A stretch of 27,445 bases of DNA, from IMG/VR virus record IMGVR_UViG_2061766007_002383. One strand, written 5' to 3'. The translations under genes and the position numbers were made by a program. The notes under the pieces are model-generated. The model did not search any database. It saw only the letters and a list, made by a program, of their open reading frames with translations, and was not told the origin of the DNA. How positions within the stretch are numbered: position 1 is the stretch's first letter; every line of letters begins with the position of its first letter. The DNA comes from an uncultured virus (IMG/VR IMGVR_UViG_2061766007_002383) (lineage: Duplodnaviria > Heunggongvirae > Uroviricota > Caudoviricetes). Shown in pieces: positions 17,925 to 26,182 of this stretch.

Positions 17925-18347
17925 TTATAATATTGGATAATCGCACCAGTATTTAAGTGATTTTAAACCACATTCAAGCCCTAATTTTACAAAATTCATT
18001 AATTCATCATTTAAATCAAGGTATTCAGAGTCAAAATCCATTACATCGAAATCACCGATTCTTTCTTCTCCATATTCTGCTAAATGAGATTCTTTTGCTC
18101 CTTGATAAGTTTCAGTAGCAATTACATCAAGATATAAGGTATATCCACCAAAAACTTCTCCATCACAGTAGTCAGAATCTGTAGTGAATTCTCCGATGTA
18201 TTCATCTTGTGCATAGTCATATAATTCTTTAATTTCATCAATAATTGATTCTATCATTTTATCTTTATCAATACTTTTCATTCTGCAGATGATGTCGAAT
18301 TTTTCATCTGCAGTCATATTATCTAATAATTCTTGATTGCTAATCAT
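17925..18347 (-). CDS. Highly acidic hypothetical protein
   Basis: ORF track; GGAGTGAT SD. Confidence 0.8.
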   Translation of the reverse strand: MISNQELLDNMTADEKFDIICRMKSIDKDKMIESIIDEIKELYDYAQDEYIGEFTTDSDYCDGEVFGGYTLYLDVIATETYQGAKESHLAEYGEERIGDFDVMDFDSEYLDLNDELMNFVKLGLECGLKSLKYWCDYPIL

Positions 18348-18650
18348 TTATATCACTCCCATATTTTTCATATCAATTGTATTAGTCAAGATGAAATATC
18401 TGTTGATATTTCTTTGTGACTCAAAAAGACAAGCATCTTCGTGGTCTTTTAATAAATCGATGATTTTTTTGTTTTCTTTAGTATCTCTGAAGATGGTTAC
18501 ATTTTTATTAATGAAATCATCATATGACATATGAGAACAACATCCAAAGTAGATGTTGAGTAATTCTTTAACATCAAAATCATCTAAATCAAGTTCTTTC
18601 TCTAATCTTTCGGCTTCTTCAATATATAGTGTATTACTGTGCATAATCAT
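18348..18650 (-). CDS. Hypothetical protein
   Basis: ORF track; GGAGATGAT SD; ATGA overlap. Confidence 0.75.
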   Translation of the reverse strand: MIMHSNTLYIEEAERLEKELDLDDFDVKELLNIYFGCCSHMSYDDFINKNVTIFRDTKENKKIIDLLKDHEDACLFESQRNINRYFILTNTIDMKNMGVI

Positions 18651-19630
18651 TGTATCATCTCCATCATTTCTGCATAATCAAATTCAATAGTGTTTTGCCA
18701 GTATTGGTTGATTATGTTATTAAGTTTTTCATTAATTTCTTTTTCATACTCTCTATCATATACATCACGAACATCTTTTTCGTAATATTCAAACACTTCT
18801 TCAATATAATTGAAAAAGTAATCCATATTTTCATACTTATAGCAATCAAGTGATTGAATGCTTTCTTCATCTTTTAATATAATGACATCTGAATCCAAGA
18901 TGGTTTGACCATCTGATAAAATTTCATAGCCACCGAAGTAGATGAGTTCACAATAATGCTCATCTTCTTCATTACTATAAGTATGGTTTGGAATCCATAA
19001 TCTGATACTACCATCTTCAATATTATCGTTTATTAAGTCCAATACATCATTTATACAATAAAGTAATTGCTTTCTGACTTTGTCAATATTGGAAGCCCAG
19101 TAGATTTTTTGTTCACCAAAATCATTTTTAAAGATATGCAATAATGCTTTAAATCTTTTGAATCCATAATAAGAAATGTTTAAGTCGTAATATGCTTGTA
19201 GCATCTTTTTGTTTTCTTTTTGTTGTTTGATTTCGGCATCACTTAATGGTCTTTCAATGTCATAAGTTTCATAGAAATCTTCAATTTCGCTAATATCTAG
19301 GCACTCTTGATTATGTCTAAAGAAATATCTTTGACCATTCTCATCATCAGTTATTTCAGTATAATCATTATCGGCTTCAACAAAACCAATTATCCATTCA
19401 TCCCAATTGGCTTCGATTTCTTCTTTTTCTTCTTCAGTATAATCACACCAAACATCTTTTCTGTTACAGTAAATCCAGTCTTCATCGCATTTTACTGCAT
19501 ATTCAAGTGTGTATATGTATGGAGATAGATGCTCTACCCATTTTTCGTAGTCTTTTTCCACATCTATATCTCCATAATTAAGCATAAAATCTTTTGCTAC
19601 TTTAATAAATGTTTCTTTATGAATATTCAT
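18647..19630 (-). CDS. Acidic Tyr/Glu/Asp-rich hypothetical protein
   Basis: Start moved to MNIHK (AGGTGAT SD). Confidence 0.8.
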   Translation of the reverse strand: MNIHKETFIKVAKDFMLNYGDIDVEKDYEKWVEHLSPYIYTLEYAVKCDEDWIYCNRKDVWCDYTEEEKEEIEANWDEWIIGFVEADNDYTEITDDENGQRYFFRHNQECLDISEIEDFYETYDIERPLSDAEIKQQKENKKMLQAYYDLNISYYGFKRFKALLHIFKNDFGEQKIYWASNIDKVRKQLLYCINDVLDLINDNIEDGSIRLWIPNHTYSNEEDEHYCELIYFGGYEILSDGQTILDSDVIILKDEESIQSLDCYKYENMDYFFNYIEEVFEYYEKDVRDVYDREYEKEINEKLNNIINQYWQNTIEFDYAEMMEMIQ

Positions 19631-19639
19631 TGTTATCAC

Positions 19640-19822
19640 CTAGTCTTTATTGCTTGTAAGCACAATATCATTATCATCTATTTCAATATTAGTGATTCTT
19701 AAGTATTCGCCACCAGTTGAGTATGTATCTTTAATGTACACTTCTGCATTCTGTCCAATTTCATTTTTAATATTGATGAGTTGTTTAATTAACTCATCAA
19801 CATTATAGATTGATTCATTCAT
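19640..19822 (-). CDS. 60-aa hypothetical protein
   Basis: Start moved to MNESIY (GGGGAT SD). Confidence 0.7.
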   Translation of the reverse strand: MNESIYNVDELIKQLINIKNEIGQNAEVYIKDTYSTGGEYLRITNIEIDDNDIVLTSNKD

Positions 19823-19826
19823 TGTT

Positions 19827-20267
19827 TTATCCCCAATCTTCAATCGCAATGATGATTTTATCACCATCATTGTAGATTGTAAATTGGCTCACAGACCAAT
19901 ATGAGCCACTTAATGCATCTTCTTTAGTAAAGAAATAAAATGCATCAACAACTTCATAATTGTCGATGACTGCATCTTTTAATTGGTCTTTGTCACCATA
20001 TTCGTTCAAGAAATTATCTAATTCTTGTTTGAATTCGATGAATGTGCCAATATTTAATTCTGCATCTTCATCTGTATCGTTTATTCTGAAAACGATACAA
20101 CCATCATCTTCAAAGTACCAGTAACTTTCTCTCATATCAATAACTGGTGTATTGAAGTTTGAATCTCTCCAGTTTACTTGAAATGCTACTGGAAGATGTT
20201 TTGTTTGTTCATCGCATACACTATTTATTCTTTTACTAAATTCATCTAGAATTGCTCTAATTTTCAT
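19827..20267 (-). CDS. Acidic hypothetical protein
   Basis: ORF track; GGAGATGAT SD. Confidence 0.8.
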   Translation of the reverse strand: MKIRAILDEFSKRINSVCDEQTKHLPVAFQVNWRDSNFNTPVIDMRESYWYFEDDGCIVFRINDTDEDAELNIGTFIEFKQELDNFLNEYGDKDQLKDAVIDNYEVVDAFYFFTKEDALSGSYWSVSQFTIYNDGDKIIIAIEDWG

Positions 20268-20278
20268 TATATCATCTC

Positions 20279-20590
20279 CTATTCGTTTTCTTGTATCATT
20301 CTACTTAAATCATCGTGTTTAGCCCATAAATCATCTAGACTTGTACCACTTAAGTAATCTAACAAGTCTTGCCATTCCCAGTTGCCATATCTAATATTAT
20401 GAATAATATTCATAATATGTGCTAATTCAAATGAATCTTGTTTTAATTCATTTAATGTTTTGCAGAGCATTTCTGTTCTGCATTTATCTACTTGTTTGTA
20501 CTTGAATGGTTCACCATCAATGTGACAAGCAGTATTATCAACAATCCAAGTTTCTTCACCTTTAGTTTCTATATCAAAGTAACTTACCAT
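20279..20590 (-). CDS. Hypothetical protein, distant relative of the MTxKRF family
   Basis: WIVDNT...LCKTLNEL resembles CIVDNT...LCDSLNEL of 1445..1780. Confidence 0.75.
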   Translation of the reverse strand: MVSYFDIETKGEETWIVDNTACHIDGEPFKYKQVDKCRTEMLCKTLNELKQDSFELAHIMNIIHNIRYGNWEWQDLLDYLSGTSLDDLWAKHDDLSRMIQENE

Positions 20591-20602
20591 TATATCATCT
20601 CC

Positions 20603-21271
20603 TTAAACATAGTCTGCTAAACCGATTTTAGCACATACAAGTTCTCTTAATTCAAAATCATCCATATCATAGATATCGTATTTATCAAACAAGTTGTTAG
20701 ATGCTTGATTGATTTCTTCGATAAATTCTTCTTTTGCTTCTTCTAAAACATCACCCCATTGATTATCAACATCAACATCTTCTCTGACAGTTTCTTTATT
20801 GAAGATGTCAGTAATAGCAGTAAATTTTGACATTGCTTTATGAATACCGATTAAATCAATTTTATTATAATCATTTTTGTATTCAGTAGTAGCAAGATAA
20901 ATACCACTATCTGAATGACCAAAAATGTGCCATTCTTGTTGGTAAAGTATGGCTATATCATCTATCATTCCTTTTAGGTCAGAATTCATTTCATCTATTT
21001 CTGAAAAATATTGTTTAAATCTCCATTTTTCTAATATCATTGGTCTACCATTTTCATTTCCATCGCATATCCATTTAAAGAAGTCTTTTTTGATATCTTC
21101 AAGATACACATCTCTAATATATCTTACGGCTTCTTCTACACCGAATTCACATCCTATACGAACATTATTTACATTAGCGATACTGAATTCCATTCCATTT
21201 AATGCTAATGCTCCTAATTCAGTTTTATCTATCATTTCAATTGCTTTTTTATCTTCAATCGCTTCATACAT
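20603..21271 (-). CDS. Acidic hypothetical protein
   Basis: ORF track; GGAGATGAT SD. Confidence 0.8.
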   Translation of the reverse strand: MYEAIEDKKAIEMIDKTELGALALNGMEFSIANVNNVRIGCEFGVEEAVRYIRDVYLEDIKKDFFKWICDGNENGRPMILEKWRFKQYFSEIDEMNSDLKGMIDDIAILYQQEWHIFGHSDSGIYLATTEYKNDYNKIDLIGIHKAMSKFTAITDIFNKETVREDVDVDNQWGDVLEEAKEEFIEEINQASNNLFDKYDIYDMDDFELRELVCAKIGLADYV

Positions 21272-21284
21272 AATGTATCATCTC

Positions 21285-21920
21285 CTATTGTATTTTATAT
21301 GAAAGTTCAATTTCTCCAGTCGCTCCTTGTTTTTTGAAACAAAGTGATTTCTCTGCAGATGCATCTGTTAATCTGTTAATAGATTCTTTTGCATATTTAT
21401 CGGCAATGTCGATAACTTGTTTCGCTTCACCGATTGTTGTTTTATCGGAGAAGTCTTTAGTAAGGCAGACATATTTTTTTTTCGGATTATCGTTACAATC
21501 ACAACAACAAGAATCGCAATCTCTTTTATTGAAATTGAATTCGTCGATAAGTACATCTTGAATATCTTGAAAGATGTTTTTTTCTTTGTTGTATTTGTCT
21601 TTAATGGCTTNNNNNNNNNNNNNNNNNNNNNNNNNNNNNNNNNNNNNNNNNNNNNNNNNNNNNNNNNNNATAATTGTGTGGTTGTTTGTTTGTTCAATCA
21701 CTTTAGCATATTCAATATATTGCCATTCGTGGTCATTGATATGATTATCATATTCTCTGTATTCTTCTGTCCAAAGATTCCAGTATTCAAAATCTAGACC
21801 TTTTGTAATGATTTCGCTGAATGGTACATCGTTATTTTTGCAAAAATCAAAACATCTTCCATCTTTGTATTCGTATGTACTTTTTCCATAGTTGTGGTAG
21901 TTATTAGTCTTTTTAATCAT
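21285..21920 (-). CDS. Hypothetical protein with CDSCCCDC cluster; spans an N gap
   Basis: ORF track; AGGTGAT SD. Confidence 0.7.
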   Translation of the reverse strand: MIKKTNNYHNYGKSTYEYKDGRCFDFCKNNDVPFSEIITKGLDFEYWNLWTEEYREYDNHINDHEWQYIEYAKVIEQTNNHTIXXXXXXXXXXXXXXXXXXXXXAIKDKYNKEKNIFQDIQDVLIDEFNFNKRDCDSCCCDCNDNPKKKYVCLTKDFSDKTTIGEAKQVIDIADKYAKESINRLTDASAEKSLCFKKQGATGEIELSYKIQ

Positions 21921-21949
21921 ATTATCACCTTTTAATTTATTTTAGGAAA

Positions 21950-22008
21950 TTGTAGGCAAGGAATCAAACCTTGCTATCTTTTTTAAGATATTTGACAATC
22001 AGTTACAA
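21950..22008 (-). ncRNA. tRNA-like mini-cloverleaf with T-arm; not a canonical tRNA
   Basis: TTGTA-AC-TGAttgTCA-AA-TATCTTaaaaAAGATA-GCAAGGtttgattCCTTGC-C-TACAA. Confidence 0.5.
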
Positions 22009-22011
22009 AAA

Positions 22012-22263
22012 TTATTCATTTGTGTATTGTTTAATGATTTTGCCATCAGAAAATCTTGTTACATTATATTCTGCATCTTCATATTCTGTATGAAGATGAA
22101 CAAATGATAGAACGATTGCTAATTCAATACAATCTTCTTCTGACATTGTTAATTGACAATCAGAGATGTTTTTAACTAATTTTCCATCATAGGTTACTGC
22201 ATTTGTTTGTATAAATACATCACCAAATTCAGTTCTGCTTATGTTAACACTTGTATTTAACAT
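22012..22263 (-). CDS. Hypothetical protein
   Basis: Start moved to MLNTS (GGAGTGAT SD). Confidence 0.7.
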   Translation of the reverse strand: MLNTSVNISRTEFGDVFIQTNAVTYDGKLVKNISDCQLTMSEEDCIELAIVLSFVHLHTEYEDAEYNVTRFSDGKIIKQYTNE

Positions 22264-22298
22264 TTTTATCACTCCCTTGTAATTTTAATGGTGGATAT

Positions 22299-22640
22299 TT
22301 ACATTTCCACCATTTTTGTTATGATTTTGCTAACTATAGACAAGTTAGTTTCGATAATAGTTGCTATATCGGAGCATTCATCATCTTCGACTTTAATTCC
22401 GATTTCATCATCGGCTTTAATATATACCAAGCCTTTGTAGTAAAAATTGGTAATTGAATCGTATTGTTCGTATTTTAAATCGACAATTGAGCAATTAATG
22501 TCGCAGTTAAAGTATTCAGAATCAGATTCCATTGCTCCTAATATCCAACTTCTTGCATCATCGACATCTTCAAGTTCTAATGCTAACATTTCATCTACTT
22601 CTTTATCTCCACCCATTTCTATAATATAGCATCTTTTCAT
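22299..22640 (-). CDS. Acidic hypothetical protein
   Basis: ORF track; GGAGATG SD; ATGA overlap. Confidence 0.75.
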   Translation of the reverse strand: MKRCYIIEMGGDKEVDEMLALELEDVDDARSWILGAMESDSEYFNCDINCSIVDLKYEQYDSITNFYYKGLVYIKADDEIGIKVEDDECSDIATIIETNLSIVSKIITKMVEM

Positions 22641-22894
22641 TTTAACATCTCCTTTAAGACACCACCATCTTTACTGTATAATGTTTGTACATTGCCATCC
22701 ATTCTTCCATCTGAATCGTATTCAATCATCTCTACTGGTTCGTAAAGAGTTTTATGGTCAATTGTTCCAATTACCATTCCATTCCAGTCGCTTAATTCGA
22801 TTCTTTCATCATCGATGTCAATCATATAGACATCGCAAAAACTACATCCATTTCCAGTCACAAATGCTCCATTGTTTAATTTCATTAATACCAT
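22637..22894 (-). CDS. Hypothetical beta-rich protein
   Basis: ORF track; GGAGATGAT SD. Confidence 0.75.
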   Translation of the reverse strand: MVLMKLNNGAFVTGNGCSFCDVYMIDIDDERIELSDWNGMVIGTIDHKTLYEPVEMIEYDSDGRMDGNVQTLYSKDGGVLKEMLK

Positions 22895-22905
22895 TTTATC
22901 ATCTC

Positions 22906-23442
22906 CTATTCTTTTATTAATCTTTCTATGATTCTTTCTTTCATTTCTACGATATCATCAAGGATAAAATCATCCAAGTCGCATTCAGAAGATGGGTCTT
23001 CTTCTTCACAAAATTCTTGGATAGTTTGATATCTTTCGATTTCACATAGTGTACCAATTAATTCAATTTTTGGTGTTTGATTGATAATTTCGCTTGTAAT
23101 ATATTCTACAAGTTCTATTTTCATATCAAAAGCGACTGCATCGGCTTTTCCATAATTGTCGCTATTAACATTATTATGTTCAAAATCTTCTTCTGTGAAT
23201 GTTTCATTTTCATACCATTCATCATATTTAGTATCGGTGTATTCGGATTCTTTATATTCAAAAGAGAATCCTTTATATTTATTTGCTACTCCTTTAACAA
23301 GGAGTAATTCTGCTAATGCAATAGTGTCACATTCTGATGGGTTACCATCGCAGTTTTCCCATTCATTGCTTAATTCTCTGATTTTTGTATTGAGTTTTTC
23401 AATATCTGCTTTTGCATCTTCAATATCAATAATATCTTTCAT
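22906..23442 (-). CDS. Highly acidic hypothetical protein
   Basis: ORF track; GGAGATGG SD. Confidence 0.8.
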   Translation of the reverse strand: MKDIIDIEDAKADIEKLNTKIRELSNEWENCDGNPSECDTIALAELLLVKGVANKYKGFSFEYKESEYTDTKYDEWYENETFTEEDFEHNNVNSDNYGKADAVAFDMKIELVEYITSEIINQTPKIELIGTLCEIERYQTIQEFCEEEDPSSECDLDDFILDDIVEMKERIIERLIKE

Positions 23443-23454
23443 TTAACCATCTCC

Positions 23455-23583
23455 TTATTTGTTGTTTTTAATTATGTATTTTTTAAATTGATTACAAGCC
23501 TTATTTAAGGCATCAGTATTAGTTTTTTTGCTATCGCAATGACCACAGTAGTAGTCATTGCAAAAGCCACAGATTTTTTTCAT
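23455..23583 (-). CDS. 42-aa Cys-rich miniprotein (MKKICGFCNDYYCGHCD...ACNQFK)
   Basis: Manual translation; AGGTGAT SD; fills the gap. Confidence 0.7.
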   Translation of the reverse strand: MKKICGFCNDYYCGHCDSKKTNTDALNKACNQFKKYIIKNNK

Positions 23584-23592
23584 TGTTATCAC

Positions 23593-23997
23593 CTAATATT
23601 TACATTCATAAATTTTTGCATCATAAGTTGGAATGAAGTTTAGTAAATTATATCTTCTGTTACCATACACTTCTTTCCACCATTGTTGATTCTCACAGTA
23701 ATCGATGATTACATTAGCGAATTCTTCTGCAGATGCAGTAATTGTAAGAATAGTTCTTTTAGAATAGTTATAATTGATTGGGTCACCAAAATCTCCTTGT
23801 TCAACACTATATCTTCTTGAACACTTATTAAAGATGATTTGACCATCTTTCCAAGAGATTTCAAACCAGTTGCCATTATTTTCAGATTCTGCAAATTCTT
23901 CATCGAACCTTAATATGAATCTGAATATATCCCTAATAGATGCAGAAATTTTATCTGCATCTATAGGTTCGTAGTACTCTTGCATTTCTTCTAACAT
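23593..23997 (-). CDS. Hypothetical protein
   Basis: ORF track; AGGTGAT SD. Confidence 0.8.
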   Translation of the reverse strand: MLEEMQEYYEPIDADKISASIRDIFRFILRFDEEFAESENNGNWFEISWKDGQIIFNKCSRRYSVEQGDFGDPINYNYSKRTILTITASAEEFANVIIDYCENQQWWKEVYGNRRYNLLNFIPTYDAKIYECKY

Positions 23998-24005
23998 TGT
24001 ATCAC

Positions 24006-24383
24006 CTAGATTTTTTCTAATGCTTTATTTAAGCCTTTTAATTCAATATTAAGATTTTCATAAAAGGCTTCTCTTTGTTTGTTGTCTTTTATGACTCTGT
24101 CGATGAGTTTATTGATATCTAAAAAGATATCATTGAATAATTCGACTCTGTTGTGGTTGTAAATTTCACATCGTGAGTAACTATCGTAAGCATCATCCAT
24201 TAGTGTTCTTTGAGTGAATCTGCTTATACCATTAACTTCAACATAGATTGGTATGTTTTCGTTTTCAAATTCGTGAGTGTGTCTGAATCCGATGTGAATT
24301 CTATAGTGTTCTTCAGTCATATTTTCAATTTTATCGATAGCATCATCGATTTCTGTGATTACTTCTTCTTGGTATTTGTACAT
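24006..24383 (-). CDS. Hypothetical protein
   Basis: ORF track; AGGTGA SD. Confidence 0.8.
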   Translation of the reverse strand: MYKYQEEVITEIDDAIDKIENMTEEHYRIHIGFRHTHEFENENIPIYVEVNGISRFTQRTLMDDAYDSYSRCEIYNHNRVELFNDIFLDINKLIDRVIKDNKQREAFYENLNIELKGLNKALEKI

Positions 24384-24407
24384 TTTTTCACCTTATAATT
24401 TGTTTAT

Positions 24408-24475
24408 TAATCGCTTCTGCGATTATATAATCCCATAATTGCTTATGAGATTATATAATGGCAGAAATGCCATTA
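24408..24475 (-). repeat. 68-nt triple-hairpin intergenic element, copy 1
   Basis: Minus strand TAATGGCA-tttc-TGCCATTA | TATAATCTCATAA-gcaa-TTATGGGATTATA | TAATCGC-agaa-GCGATTA. Confidence 0.85.
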
Positions 24476-24715
24476 TTTTATCTTCTTGATGGTCAGATTC
24501 TTTTTATCGATTTGATATTCAGAATCTGTTTCATCAACAAGCATACTTGCTTGTGTTATTAAATCAAAGACTTTTTCTGCCTTTGATTGTGAAATTTCAC
24601 CATTTGTGACTGTCAACACTTCTGTATAGTGTTTGTTATCATCAGATTCAAATACTGTTCTGTGGTCAACCACAAATCCAAACTTTTCAAGAATGTTTCT
24701 CACTATAAATATCAT
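24473..24715 (-). CDS. Hypothetical protein
   Basis: ORF track; AGGTGAT SD. Confidence 0.75.
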   Translation of the reverse strand: MIFIVRNILEKFGFVVDHRTVFESDDNKHYTEVLTVTNGEISQSKAEKVFDLITQASMLVDETDSEYQIDKKNLTIKKIK

Positions 24716-24723
24716 AATATCAC

Positions 24724-25008
24724 CTACTCATATGTAATTTTGAAATTCTTTTTGTTGTAATTGATTGATGTGAAAGCAATGTATATTTCTTTTACATCAA
24801 ATACATCGATACTTATACTATCGTTAATCCACATTGTATCACCATTAAAATGTATTTTACGGACATCTCTGATGTGCATATCATTAATAATGACTACATC
24901 GCAAATTATATAGAATTTCTCATTATTTTCAATATATGTGTCTTCAAAAGCAAGGTTGTATGCTTTAATTTTTTCTATTATCTCTTTCTTACCTTTTACT
25001 TTCTCCAT
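24724..25008 (-). CDS. Hypothetical protein
   Basis: ORF track; GGTGAT SD. Confidence 0.75.
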   Translation of the reverse strand: MEKVKGKKEIIEKIKAYNLAFEDTYIENNEKFYIICDVVIINDMHIRDVRKIHFNGDTMWINDSISIDVFDVKEIYIAFTSINYNKKNFKITYE

Positions 25009-25012
25009 AATA

Positions 25013-25474
25013 TCACCATTCTTTATCGATATAGACTACTTGAGATGGATACCTTTCAACATCTTTGTAATGCTCAAGATATGATTTTCTGTCGGTATAA
25101 ACACAATCAAGCCATCCAATGTTGATGAACTTGATTTGTCTGTTAAATCTGTGGTAGTCTTCTTCTTCAATCTCTTCTTGATATGAATACATCAAGAAGT
25201 GGTCTTCCATTGCTTTTTGGAAGTAGTATTCTGCCATATGGAAGATTTCGGCTCTGAAATCTTCTTCTTTTAATTCTTCATAATAATCACAAAAATATCC
25301 AAGATACTCTAAAATTTCGTGTAAATACCTTTGTGGGTATTTTTTGGCTATTTGATACAATTTATAAGCCATTTTATCGTCTTGATTGATTTCTCTACCC
25401 CATTGGTCGGTAGAGAACTCATAATTATGTAGAATTTTTAAATCTTTTTGTACATATTTTGGTAGTTCTGTCAT
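25013..25474 (-). CDS. Hypothetical protein
   Basis: ORF track; AGGTGAT SD. Confidence 0.8.
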   Translation of the reverse strand: MTELPKYVQKDLKILHNYEFSTDQWGREINQDDKMAYKLYQIAKKYPQRYLHEILEYLGYFCDYYEELKEEDFRAEIFHMAEYYFQKAMEDHFLMYSYQEEIEEEDYHRFNRQIKFINIGWLDCVYTDRKSYLEHYKDVERYPSQVVYIDKEW

Positions 25475-25482
25475 AATATCAC

Positions 25483-25566
25483 CTATTCTTTGTGTAATGT
25501 CTTTATTTGTTCAAATCTTCTTATTTCATTCCAACATCTGATTAAGTCACATATCCATAATGGCAT
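25483..25566 (-). CDS. 27-aa peptide (MPLWICDLIRCWNEIRRFEQIKTLHKE)
   Basis: Manual translation; GGGGG SD; TAATG overlap. Confidence 0.55.
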   Translation of the reverse strand: MPLWICDLIRCWNEIRRFEQIKTLHKE

Positions 25567-25706
25567 TAGATTAACCCCCTAGCCATCATTTCTTTATGTA
25601 ATTTTGGTATTTCTTGTTTTAGGAAATATCCCCCTTTATCTTGAGCAATAAAGTAACGATTGAGTAAATCATCATCGTTTAATCTTTTATATTGAAGAGA
25701 TTTCAT
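25566..25706 (-). CDS. 46-aa peptide (MKSLQYKRLNDDDLLNRYF...MARGLI)
   Basis: Manual translation; GGGGG SD; TAATG overlaps. Confidence 0.65.
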   Translation of the reverse strand: MKSLQYKRLNDDDLLNRYFIAQDKGGYFLKQEIPKLHKEMMARGLI

Positions 25707-25834
25707 TAGAAATCCCCCAATAGTTCAATCTCTAAATCAACGATATCATTGATATCTAGTGATTCTAGAAAACTGTTCGCTTCTTCTTCGTTACCATTTC
25801 TTGCTAATCTTTTAATTAGTGCTTTTTTACTCAT
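25706..25834 (-). CDS. 42-aa peptide (MSKKALIKRLARNGNEEEA...LLGDF)
   Basis: Manual translation; GGGGGT SD. Confidence 0.65.
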   Translation of the reverse strand: MSKKALIKRLARNGNEEEANSFLESLDINDIVDLEIELLGDF

Positions 25835-25844
25835 TGTTTACCCC

Positions 25845-26159
25845 CTATTGTGTTAAAAATTCGTATGTTTCTTTATCGCCACCACTTGCGATGTATTCAT
25901 CGCAGTTAATGGCATTTTCTCTCACTAAATCGTTTCGGAATGCACTTAAATTGGCATCTCTGTTTTTGAGAATTTCCCAATGCCCAGTTGTAAGAGCAAC
26001 AAGGCAATAACCGATAGTACTGGTGGAAATAAGCCCCCCACGATTTCCGATGGTAAAACCAACAACTGTAGTATTTTCTTCATTGATGTGTTCAACATCT
26101 AATGCTTCAAATGAGATGTAAACCCCATTTTTCATTGTTTCATATAATATCTCTTTCAT
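25845..26159 (-). CDS. Hypothetical protein
   Basis: Start moved to MKEILYE (GGTGAT SD). Confidence 0.75.
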   Translation of the reverse strand: MKEILYETMKNGVYISFEALDVEHINEENTTVVGFTIGNRGGLISTSTIGYCLVALTTGHWEILKNRDANLSAFRNDLVRENAINCDEYIASGGDKETYEFLTQ

Positions 26160-26182
26160 ATTATCACCATAAATTGAGCAAC

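Noticed and set aside
1910..21669. Apparent frameshifts or split genes at N runs (1910, 5837, 10222, 12761, 12961, 13709, 21611)
   Set aside because: Assembly gaps of uncertain length; not evidence for programmed frameshifting or hypervariable sites
21950..22008. Canonical tRNA gene
   Set aside because: Only 59 nt, with a 5-bp closing stem, no D-loop GG and no 7-nt anticodon loop
12752..23903. Alternative-frame minus ORFs 12752..13009, 21368..21697 and 23709..23903
   Set aside because: Nested in better ORFs, no SD, partly created by N gaps
152..26010. All plus-strand ORFs in the track
   Set aside because: They are antisense shadows of minus-strand genes, F/I/S/L-rich and without SD motifs
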